In this document: positions 25,674-36,560 of the stretch, piece by piece | How the letters are laid out: every line of letters begins with the position of its first letter | Numbering within the stretch: position 1 is the stretch's first letter | Origin: Mytilus edulis | Taxonomy: Eukaryota | Assembly (NCBI RefSeq): GCF_963676685.1 | Contig: NC_092354.1 | Location: 47,864,001 to 47,928,000, forward strand | DNA length: 64,000 bases | Reading direction: 5' to 3' | Translations under genes and position numbers: made by a program | The notes under the pieces: model-generated | Seen by the model: only the letters and a program-made list of their open reading frames with translations | Databases searched by the model: none | What the model was told of the DNA's origin: nothing

Positions 25674-25940
25674 TTCAGTTCAGTGTGTTCAGTAGTTGTC
25701 GTTTGTTGATGTGGTTCATAAGTGTTTCTTTTTTCTCGTTTTTTATATAGATTAGACTGTTGGTTATCCTGTTGGAATGGTTTAACACTAATCATTTTGG
25801 GACCCTTTATAGCTTGCTGTTCTGTGAGAGCAATGGCTCTGTGTTGATGACCGTACTTTGACATATAATGTTTATTTTTACAAATTGTGACTTAGATTGA
25901 GAGATGTCTGATTGGCAATCATACCCCATCTTCTCATGTC
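25674..25940 (+). mobile_element. SINE-like interspersed repeat; copies near 37120-37375(-), 54480-54610(-), 59282-59535(+)
   Basis: Shared ttgtcgtttgttgatgtggttcataagtg...ccgtactttgac...ttgtgactt...ttggca.tcatacc. Confidence 0.7.
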
Positions 25941-25941
25941 T

Positions 25942-27700
25942 ATATTTAAATATGTTTACTATATACTTTACAGTGATGACGATGGTGGTACTGTAAAATC
26001 ATATTTAATTATTTTTACTCCATGTTTTACAGTGATGAAGATGGCGGTACTGTCAAAGCATATTTAATTATTTTACTCCATGTTTTACCATGATGAAGAT
26101 GGCGGTACTGTCAAAGCATATTTAATTATTTTACTCCATGTTTTACAGTGATGAAGATGGCGGTACTGTCAAAGCATATTTAATTATTTTACTCCATGTT
26201 TTACAGTGATGAAGATGGCGGTACTGTAAAAGCATATTTAATTATTTTACTCCATGTTTTACCATGATGAAGATGGCGGTACTGTCAAAGCATATTTAAT
26301 TATTTTACTCCATGTTTTACAGTGATGAAGATGGCGGTACTGTCAAAGCATATTTAATTATTTTTACTCCATGTTTTACAGTGATGAAGATGGCGGTACT
26401 GTCAAAGCATATTTAATTATTTTACTCCATGTTTTACCATGATGAAGATGGCGGTACTGTCAAAGCATATTAAATTATTTTACTCAATGTTTTACAGTGA
26501 TGAAGATGGCGGTACTGTCAAAGCATATTTAATTATTTTACTCCATGTTTTACAGTGATGAAGATGGCGGTAATGTAAAAGCATATTTAATTATTTTTAC
26601 TCAATGTTTTACCATGATGAAGATGGCGGTACTGATATGGTATGTTTAATTATTTTTACTCCATGTTTTACAGTGATAGGATGGCGGTACTGTAAAAGCA
26701 TATTTAATTATTTTTACTCCATCTTTTACAGTGATGAAGATGGCGGTACTGCTTTAGCATATTTTATTATTTTTACTCAATGTTTTACCATGATGAAGAT
26801 GGCGGTACTGTTATAGCATATTTAATTATTTTTACTCAATGTTTTACCATGATGAAGATGGCGGTACTGTAATAGTATATTTAATTATTTTTACTCCATG
26901 TTTTACAGTCATAGGATGGCGGTACTGTTACAGCATATTTAATTATTTTTACTCCATGTTTTACAATGATGAGGATGGCGGTACTGCTTTAGCATATTTT
27001 ATTATTTTGACTCCAGGATTGACAGTGATGAAGATGGCGGTACTGTTATAGCATATTTAATTATTTTTACTCAATGTTTTACAATGATGAAGAGGGCGGT
27101 ACTGTTATAGTATATTTAATTATTTTTTCTCCATGTTTTACAGTGATAGGATGGCGGTACTGTTACAGCATATTTAATTATTTTTACTCCATGTTTTACA
27201 GTGATGAAGATGGCGGTACTGTTATAGCATATTTAATTATTTTTACTCCATGTTTTAGAGTGATGAAGATTGTGGTACTGTTATAGCATATTTAATTATT
27301 TTTACTCCATGTTTTACAGTGATGAAGATGGCGGTACTGTTTAAGCATATTTAATTATTTCTACTCCATGTTTTACAGTGATTAAGATGGCGGTACTGTT
27401 ACAGCATATTTAATTATTTTTACTCAATTTTTACCATGATGAAGATGGCTGTACTGTTATGGCATATTTAATTATTTTTACTCCATGTTTTACAGTGATG
27501 AAGATGGCGGTACTGTTTAAGCATATTTAATTATTTCTACTCCATGTTTTACAGTGATTAAGATGGCGGTACTGTTACAGCATATTTAATTATTTTTACT
27601 CATGTTTTACCATGATGAAGATGGCTGTACTGTTATGGCATATTTATTTATTTTGACTCTATGTTTTACAGTGATGAAGATGACGGTACTGTTATAGCAT
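25942..27700 (+). repeat. 58-59-bp minisatellite, 30 units, built from the exon-7 splice acceptor plus the first ~29 nt of exon 7
   Basis: Unit tttaattatttttactccatgttttacag|tgatgaagatggcggtactgttatagcata; the last unit runs directly into the TM exon. Confidence 0.95.
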
Positions 27701-27781
27701 TAGGAGTTATTGTTGGAATCTTAGTGTTGATTCTAGTTGTTGCTATGGTTGCCCTGTTACTGTGTTATCGTAAAATGAAAG
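27672..27781 (+). CDS. Coding exon 7: transmembrane helix
   Basis: ttttacag|(S)DEDDGTVIALGVIVGILVLILVVAMVALLLCYRKMK(G)|gtaatg. A ~25-aa hydrophobic run is followed by a basic stop-transfer segment; phases 2 and 1 fit both neighbours. Confidence 0.88.
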
Positions 27782-28132
27782 GTAATGTAATCTAAGCCAC
27801 TGCTTAAAAAGTGTTTGCGAATTTTTTGGTTTGTTTTCAATTTTTAGCTCTAAGATTTATTTGCCATGTTTATGTATTTTGAAAATAAATTAGTATAACC
27901 CATAAATTTGATGCTTATTTAGTAAGGTAAACTTACTTTATGTAGCAACCTAAAATGTTTTTCGTTTGTTTGTGTGCAGGGGTGTGGCTATGTTTTGGGT
28001 TATTCTTGTCGCTTTTATGGGGTGTTGATTTTTTTTGTTTTATTCAGTATATGGTTTTATTGTTGCTTTTAGAAAGAAACTGATTTTATATTCAATTTAT
28101 TTTCTACCTTACTTATTCCCATTTTATTATAG

Positions 28133-28677
28133 GCGAAACGGTAAAAGAAGACTATAATTACCTCAATGTAATTGATGATCCGAACTATAGACACGTGGCA
28201 AATGTGACCAATCATAATCGTGAAGGTCGTAGTAACGGGATATATTCTGTAGAGGACACCACAACTGATACTAGGGGTCCTCCACCACGAAATACCGAGT
28301 CCTATCTAAGTCCGAGTAGTATAACAAGAGATACCTATCTCATGCCTAAAGACGAACAATCTAACAAAAATGATACAGATCCTAAAAATGTAGAGCTTGC
28401 ATATGCCAGTAACTCTGAACCAGGGAGAGCAGACATGTCTTATATGAGTGAAACTGAATTGAAAAAGCTGGAAGGATCGAAAAGTAGTAAAGAGGTGACA
28501 CGTGAAATGCAAACAACTGGTATACCAGCCTTGCCAACTTCCAATGTCCATCATGTTACTCCTATACCACACAAAGTAACACAACAAACATCAAAAGTAC
28601 AGAACTCACCACCGCTAGCTCCATCGCATACACGACCTCAGCAGATAGCAGTTGTGTCAGGTATTCCAAAGACATAA
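28133..28677 (+). CDS. Coding exon 8: disordered cytoplasmic tail with tyrosine motifs, natural stop TAA
   Basis: Long pyrimidine tract then tatag|(G)ETVKEDYNYLNVIDDPNYRHV..., in frame with ORF 28195-28677; S/T/P-rich with 8 Tyr. Confidence 0.85.
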
Positions 28678-28745
28678 ATCGAAATAAGATGCAAAGTGGA
28701 ATGTTGGGTTAAACTGGAAATATAAGGACATTCATTATTTCGGTA

Positions 28746-28846
28746 GTTTTGTGATATATTTTTATACATACAACATTTCGATCGTTTTGTGATATATTTT
28801 TAAACATACAACATTTCGATCGTTTTGTGATATATTTTTATACATG
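28746..28846. repeat. 38-bp tandem repeat (~2.7 units) just after the stop codon
   Basis: gttttgtgatatatttttatacatacaacatttcgatc at 28746, 28784, 28822. Confidence 0.9.
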
Positions 28847-29221
28847 CAATATATGAATAATAACAATTGACTTATAGGAAGACAACTTTTAGTTTATCCA
28901 AAGAGTGAAATTGCAAAAATATCGAAATCCAAGAAAAATTCCAAACGGAAATTCTCTTATCAAATGGCATAATTAAAAGCCAACTCACATTAAACGAAAA
29001 ACAACTACCATATTCCTAACGAAGTACAGGCATTTCCCTGTGTATAAAATGGTGGGTAAAACCTAGTTTAATAGCTAGCTTAACCTCACACTTGAATGGC
29101 AGTCGTGCATAAGCCATTCTATTGATAGCAGATTTAATCTATTCATAAATATTTTGAAAATGCTAAACAGAGCAGTTTTGTCTCTGTTTGGTTTCAATTC
29201 ACGCAATAATCACCATGTCAC

Positions 29222-30345
29222 ATACTAGACGTAGCTATAGAACATCCTCAAATAGCCTATACCCCTACCAGACGTAGTTATACAACATGCTTCAACAGTT
29301 TATACCCCTACTAGACATAGTTATACAACATGCTCAAATAGCTTATACCCTATTAGACAAAGTTATACAACATGCTCCTATAGTTAATACACCTACTAGA
29401 CGTAGTTATACAACATGCTACAATAGTTAATACACTTACTAGACGTAGTTATAAAACATGCTCCAATAGTTGATACACCTACTAGACGTAGTTATATATT
29501 ACGATTATATTGGAGCAGGATCTTCTTACCCTTCCGGAGCACCTGAGATCATCCCCAGTTTTTGGTGGAGTTCATGTTGCCTAGTCTTTAGTTTTCTATG
29601 TTTTGTCTTCTGTACTATAATTTGACTGTTTGTCTTTATATTTTTAGCCATAGAGTTGTCAGTTTTTTTTTAATCTATGAGTTTGACTTCCCCTCTGTAA
29701 TCTTTCGTCTCTCATTTCTACCCCTACAAGACCAGGAGATACTACACGTCATTATAGAACATGCCAAAATAGTTTATTCCCCTACTGGACGTAGTTATAG
29801 AACACGAATCACTCCAATAGCTTATACGCCTACAAAACCATGGAATACTACACGTCGTTATAGAACAAGAGACACTCAAATAGAGTATACCCCTACAAGA
29901 CCAGTGAATACTAAACGTAGTTTAGAACAAGAAACACTTCAATAGCTAATAATCCTACAAGACCAGGGAATACTACACGTTGTTATAGAACAAGAGACAC
30001 TCAAATAGAGTATACCCCTACAAAACCAGTGAATACTAAACGTAGTTTAGAACAAGAAACACTTCAATAGCTAATACTCCTACAAGACCAGGGAATACTA
30101 AACGTAGTTATAGAACAAGAAACACTCCAATAGCTTTACCCCTACAAGACCAGGCAATACTACACGTCGTTATAGAACAAGAAACACTCCAATAGCTTAT
30201 ACCCCTACAAGACCAGGGAATACTACACGTCGTTATAGAACAAGAAACACTCCAATAGCTTATACCCCTACAAGACCAGGGAATACTAGACGTAGTTATT
30301 TTACAAGAAATACTCCAATAGCTTATACCCAACAAAGGCTAGGGA
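29222..30345. repeat. Compound minisatellite: 43-bp units (29222-29497) and related 63-bp units (29718-30345) split by an inserted repeat
   Basis: gacgtag period 43 (29228, 29271, 29314); gaaacactcc period 63 (30181, 30244). Confidence 0.9.
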
Positions 30346-30346
30346 A

Positions 30347-31060
30347 TGAAATTGCCAACTCAAATACGAGGCGTAGATCTCAAGAACAGTCAGAGTCAAT
30401 CTAACATAGACACTATGCGTAATGATACAAAAGTGAACGGTATGATAATTATGTGTTAGTCCCATATGCAGTCACCCTTAAAAAACCATGTCAGGTAAAA
30501 TGGAGGCAGCAAGTTCAGAAAATCAAATCGAAGTTGAATTCCAACATGACAATTTGACAATACTTGAGCTGACAGCTGCTTTCTACAAAGAAATAAAAGC
30601 AGTAGAAATTGCCAACAGAGTCATCTTACATGGTCAAAATTCGTTATGATACAATAACAAACAGTATGTAAAATGATAAGTCTGTCCCATATGCACTCAA
30701 CCTAAAAATAAAAACATGACAAACTAAATGGAAAAAAATCAAGTTGAATTACAGCATGACAATTGGACAATCTTGAGCAGCTCACAGCTGCTTGCTACGA
30801 AGACACCAAAGCAGTAGAAAATGCCAACTCAAATACAAGGCGTTAATCTCAAGAACAGAGTCAATCTAGCATGGCCACTTTTAATAATGATACAATAACT
30901 AACAGTATGATAAACGTTGTGTCTGTCCCATATGAACTCAAACTCAATAAAGCCATGCCAGGCAAAATAGAGGCAGCAAGTTGAGAACATCAAATGGAAG
31001 TTGAATTAAAACATGACAATTTATTATTTGAGCTCACAACTACTTGCTACGAAGAATTCA
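30347..31060. repeat. Three diverged tandem copies of a ~210-260-bp unit
   Basis: gaaa.tgccaac at ~30347, 30605, 30817; gtcccatatg, aagttgaatt and catgacaatt each occur three times. Confidence 0.8.
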
Positions 31061-34000
31061 AATCATTAGTTAAAGAATGCTTAGTCTCATACCATATCAC
31101 TTTTGACAACACAGATCGAAAAGGCCTGGTAGTTAAGGAACAATTATCAACGAAACACAGCAGTATAGAATAAACTGCTGCAATACTAGCAGAAGAGTAC
31201 TTGTAAACGGTAATTCTCTGGATATATTTATGGTCTATATCTTACCTGAGGTTGTTAACATACTTTGTAAAAAAAAACCGTTTTATATATTTGAACTTTT
31301 CAATAAGATAAACATGTGATAGAATTGTTGCAACACTCGAAATCAGAAAATGGTACATCCACAAATAACGGCAACACTAGTATATCGCTGTTTGAAAGTC
31401 ATACATCGATTGATAGAAAACAAATCCGGGTACAAACTTAAACTGAGGGAAACACATCAAATATATGAGGAAATCAACGAAACAACTGAAACACAAAAGT
31501 GCAACAAAATCAATAAATCAAACGACAATGTAACACACAAAGAAACGAACTATAAGATAATAATAACAATATCCCTGACTTAGTACATGACATTTAAAAA
31601 AAATGGTGAGTTGAACTTGCAAGTTTTGTAGCTAGACAAACCTCCCGCTTGTGAGGCAATGTTAAATATAACACTAAAGAGACAACAGTATATGATATGA
31701 CTACAACAACTAATGGAAGAACATCCAGGACAGGGAAATACACAAATTGACAATACAAATAGAACATTACGACATGCTAATAGTTAGAAAAGATAGCAGA
31801 CTTATCACATAATATGCCGGACGCGCGTTTCATCTACATAAGACTTATCAATGATGTCTAGGGGAAAACAGTAAAGAAAGCAAAACAAAGACGAAGAGCA
31901 TTGATGATCTAAAATTTCAAAACGTTGTGCCAAATACGGATAAGCTTATCTACCAGGAATAGGAAAATTCTTAGTATTTGTAATAATTCATACTTTTGCA
32001 GAAAATTTATAAAAATGACCATATAATTGATATGCATATCAACACTGAAGTTGTTAAGAACCACAGAATAAAAACGAACATATAAAACAACATTGGTCAG
32101 CACATGAAAACAGAACAGTCAAACCACGCATTGTATGTCGCCTGAGTAGATAGACGCACAAAAGTGACACCGCAGGTAAAAGAATAGCTCCAACAAGACT
32201 AATGAATCTGTACAACCTGCACACCAGAGATTATAATCAACAAATTGTAACACTGTACTAAAAAAGAGGAGCGAAAGATACTAAAGTAACAGTCAAACTG
32301 ACACATTGAAAATAAACACCATTTCTTAAAAAGAATTAGACAACAGACAAATAATAGTACACAAGACACAACATAGAAAACTAACGACTAAGCAAAACGA
32401 ACCACATCAAAATTGGGGGTGCTCCAGAAGGAGTATGCAGACAACACACAAGCCTACTACACAAAAACAGACAACACACAACTTTAAAATATCTGAAACA
32501 GGGAAGACTAATAGTACTCAAAGTGAGCAACTCCCAACATTAGGGGTGACAAAAAACTGTTTTAGGGAATACTCCAACCCTTATCACCGAAGCTTACTAC
32601 AACCGTCACCATACAACAACATGCAGACTCACCAACAAATGTGTAGCAACTATGATAATATCATTGATCATATACTTATAGAAAATAATGGTATAATTGA
32701 ACCCATAATAAAACTTATTTATGCATTCATTTATTCATTAAATTTCAAAAATTGTCTTAGCCGTGTGATATGATTTTTGTTATCAACTGCTTTCATTTTA
32801 TATCAACTGCTTCCGGCAATTATCGCATGCGTTGTGTACCGTTATCGCATGACATTTCGACGGCAAATTTCGGAAAATATACAGTACCTTAATAGTAGTT
32901 TTTTTTGTGTAAAACATAACAAAGTTGGATAAAAAAAATATAAGCAAACAGGAAAATATATTATTAAAAAAGCAAAACAAATATTACAACAAAAGCATTT
33001 TTTGCTATTTTAAAAAAATAGGTTTTGTCCTAATGTATTCTGTCGAAGTATATGATAAAAAGAACATAACATGTCATTTTTCATATCAGACCCATTATCA
33101 GCCCATGGTTAAAATCATCCCTCGAACCTGTCGGCTTTCGGGCTGATAAGAGGTCCGAAATGCCATGTAATAATCTTTATATAAATATATTATATCGACA
33201 ACATCAGATTATTCGTCAAAACCAGTTTATAATGGTAAGTCCACATCTAGGCCACATGTGATCAGACAGCAAATTCAAACAAACTATGTAAAGTTATGCT
33301 GGTATCCTACAACATATTAAAATTTACTAGAAAAAATGTCTTGGAAAATGCGTTGACGACACAAATCCTATATCATCGTTACAAAGAACCCGAGGTATAA
33401 GTGTGATATCTGTTTGTTACAGGATTTATATTTTTAAACTTCGTCATAGAAAAACCAGATAGAGGTATGCATATCAACCCTAGAAAAGTAAGCTTAAAAC
33501 TAAATCTGTGTTGAGAATTGGTGTATATATGCCCTTTGAGAAAGGTTGAATATGAATGCAAGCACAGCAAGGAATAAACGAAATATTAGAGACAAGATAT
33601 TTCTATATTCTTATACAAAAACATTGTTTGTAGGAACCTATGATATAATGGGAACATGAATACACCGTGCTTATTATGTTTTTATCCCGTGTGTCTCACT
33701 TCACCTGATACGTATATACATTGTTCCTCGTCTAACATATGGGCTGGAATACATAATATTGACAGCTTAAGATCTAACTCATCAAGCTGCTGCTAAAACA
33801 ACTACATCGTCTACAAGACAAAGGAAGTGACTGTCAGCTACCTGTTACTCGGCTTACCACCTATCAAGACAGAAATACATAAGATTATGTTATTATGGTT
33901 ATTATTGAGCAATTAAAACTCGACCTGCCCAATCAAGTCCCAAAATCGATTTCTAAATTTTGTTTTCAATTACTTTTTATTTAGTTATTGTGTTCTATAC

Positions 34001-34439
34001 ATGTAACTTATTTTTTGGTAGTCGTATGTTGACAATGGGGAAATTGATCCACTTAGGTTCAGAGTACACAAACACATACTTCTAACTTGTATCCATCAAT
34101 CATGGACCTTAAATGCGTACTAGAAACCAGAAGACATGACATATTTATACGACTCAGTACTTATGTTTGCATGTTTGTAAGTGGGGACCGAAATTAAAGG
34201 GATTAGCATTTGATCGTATCCGCGCTATTGCTACAGATGCAGGACACATTGCATTGCTATCAACATTTAATTTTGATGATGTACATCATTTTTATATTTT
34301 TAATAAGATTGAGACATTGAGATAAACGACTTTAGTAACACATTATTTTTTAATTCCATTTTTAAGCATGTAAAAATATAAAAATATTTGAAAACATCTT
34401 ACTATAAAGACAATATAAAAGATCGAGCCAAAGTTGATG

Positions 34440-34571
34440 TAGTCCAAATAATCATGATGTGACGTCTGGCAAGGCTATTTTTTTATTTTTTGGGACGCCT
34501 TCCTACGACGTCGCAGGGAGGCGTCCCAGAACAAAAAATAGCCTTGCCAGACATTATAATTATTTGGACTA
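34440..34571. mobile_element. 132-bp fold-back MITE with an apparent 9-bp TSD (Mutator-like)
   Basis: tagtccaaataat...tctggcaaggctatttt...tgggacgcc is mirrored about gacgtc (34507-34512); flanks aagttgatg and atgttgatg match 8/9. Confidence 0.75.
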
Positions 34572-34630
34572 ATGTTGATGCTGTTTAACATTAAAAAAAT
34601 GGCCTGGTTCAAGCTGGTTAATCTTGCCTA

Positions 34631-36200
34631 CACTACAAACCATTAAAAGTCTGAAATGGCCTATATCTGTACTCGACTGTACTGATTTTTACTCGACCAG
34701 TCTGAATTCGTCTGAGATTTACTTGATATTACTCGACTGTAGTCTGAACCATACTTAACAGTCTGAATGTGTACTTAACCATTTTATACGAGTCTGAACC
34801 GTACTCGACCTAGTCTGAACCGTACTGGACCTAGTCTGAACCGTACTGGACCTAGTCTGAACCATACTCGACCTAGTCTGAACCATACTCGACCAAGTCT
34901 TAACCAACCTAGACCTATTCTTTGAATCTATCAACTGAATTTTATCAATTTAGGAATTCTTTTAATAAAAATGAAATTTGAACAGCAACTTGAAATTAAA
35001 AATGTATTCAATACAGTATTGAAATTAAAATTTCACAATAATCAATCATAATATAACTTCAACTCAATATTAATCAACACTTACATAATGATGTATATGT
35101 ATATGTATATTTTCAATATTATTCAAAATTTTATAAATATTTCGGAAGTATTTTATGGTAACTGGACTATTTTCATCCATTAACTTAAGCCTAGTATAGA
35201 TATATGGTGTCAGTTGAGTTCAGGTAATAATGCAGTGAATGTTTTTATTAAGATATATATAAAATAGTATATAAAACAACTTAATAAATGTAAAAAAATG
35301 AGAGCTTAATTGTTTTGTTTTATTAAACCAAGAATTTAATATAATCATGATAATAGAATTTCCATAGCAATCCTTAAAACCTTTTTAAAAAACAGTAACA
35401 GTAAAAAAATATTTCAATTAATTTAAGTATTTTTTTGTCAAATTAACATGGCATACATAAAGCACTTTAATATGTTCTTATTACCTCAGTACATGTGTGT
35501 TTTACAGGTAAAAAGGAAACCTTATTTTCTTAAATTCGTGTATTACTTATCTAGTACATACATGTATATTGGAAAGGCCTTGTTATTTAATTTAAACAGG
35601 ATGTTGCAATTTTGAATCAATGTTATTTAGAATTTAATACCTCTGGCCAGGTGTGATCTTATTTATGAGAGTGCCCCAAGCAGAGGTTATACTTTATATT
35701 TCACCACTAATCAGAAAAACACTTTTATTTATTTATTTAATTTTGTCCCTTTTTTATATAAGCTATGATATATAATATATTTTTTGTTTATCCTAAATAT
35801 AATCAGAGATATATTTCTTTTAATATAAGGTTAATTTTTTTATAAATTTTGTTGGCTGTTGCTATATATATATATATCTATTTTAACAGTTTTTTGGTCT
35901 AGTATGGTTCAGACTGGTCGAGTATTGTTCAGACCTTTGGTTAAGTATGGTTTAGACTGGAAAAATAGGTCAAGTACATGTCGAGAATGGGTTAAGACTG
36001 TTTCAGACTGGTCGAGTAATAGTTCAGACTATTTTCAACGGCAAAGATAAGGGTCAAGTACGATTCAGTACAGTCAAGTATGGTTCAGACTGGGGTCGAG
36101 TAATGTCAAGTAAAAGTCAGACCAATTCAGACTGGTCGAGTAAAAATCAGTACAGTCGAGTACAGATATAGGCCATTTCAGACTTTAATGGTTTGTAGTG
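34631..36200. mobile_element. Non-autonomous CACTA (CMC-EnSpm) DNA transposon, 1570 bp
   Basis: Ends CACTAC...GTAGTG with near-identical inverted termini over ~100 bp, 3-bp TSD cta (34628-34630 and 36201-36203), inverted subterminal arrays of ~21-bp agtctgaaccgtactcgacct, and an AT-rich non-coding interior. Confidence 0.93.
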
Positions 36201-36491
36201 CTATGACAAGACAGAATGCGTCCATTTCAGATAATTGTTGTGTTCAAAGAAGGCAATAAACGAGCCTTTCATAAGAAAAAGATCAGAATGTATTTTGTCC
36301 TCGACAGAAAAAAATCCTTCTGCTGGTCATATCCCTATGAAATCCCAGATCTTAAAGTTTCGTAGCATATTCCAGCTGATGTTATAAGATCTTTCGACAG
36401 CACTGCCAAAATAAATCATGTCACGCTTGTTGTTCCCTACTTTGAAAGCAATTATGTGTAAACGATTTTTGTATTATTATTATTTCCCATA

Positions 36492-36560
36492 GGCGGATCC
36501 AGGGGGTGGGGCTGAGACTTCTGAAAAGGAGGCCCCCTTATGAAAAGTTCTGGATCCGCC
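36492..36560. mobile_element. Short MITE remnant
   Basis: TIR ggcggatccag / ctggatccgcc; degenerate relative ending near 37110. Confidence 0.6.

Larger units (their letters stand above)
12935..28677 (+). pseudogene. Disrupted 8-exon gene for a single-pass receptor with two tandem Venus flytrap (mGluR/CaSR-like) modules, one TM helix and a Tyr-motif tail
   Basis: Exons 12935-13160, 13900-14019, 16658-16836, 18066-18995, 21680-23167, 23817-23977, 27672-27781, 28133-28677 join through GT-AG introns with matching phases (1,1,0,0,0,2,1), total 3759 nt. Class C VFT motifs occur twice. Lesions: TAG 18912-18914, TAA 21947-21949, frameshifts near 22901 and 23010. Confidence 0.88.

Noticed and set aside
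26604-27286. Three similar 70-aa ORFs as a small membrane-peptide family
   Set aside because: They are translations of the 235-bp higher-order repeat; 58-59-bp units do not preserve frame.
12935-28677. Naming the gene GRM/mGluR, CASR, NPR or VKR
   Set aside because: No 7TM, nine-Cys domain, cyclase or kinase is present; only the VFT fold is shared.
19427-30345. Tandem arrays as CRISPR loci
   Set aside because: Units abut with no unique spacers, there are no cas genes, and the context is a spliced eukaryotic gene.
36204-36450. Minus-strand protein-like stretch (HDLFWQCCRKIL*HQLEYATKL*DLGFH)
   Set aside because: Multiple stops and no family I recognise; would need a tBLASTx hit.
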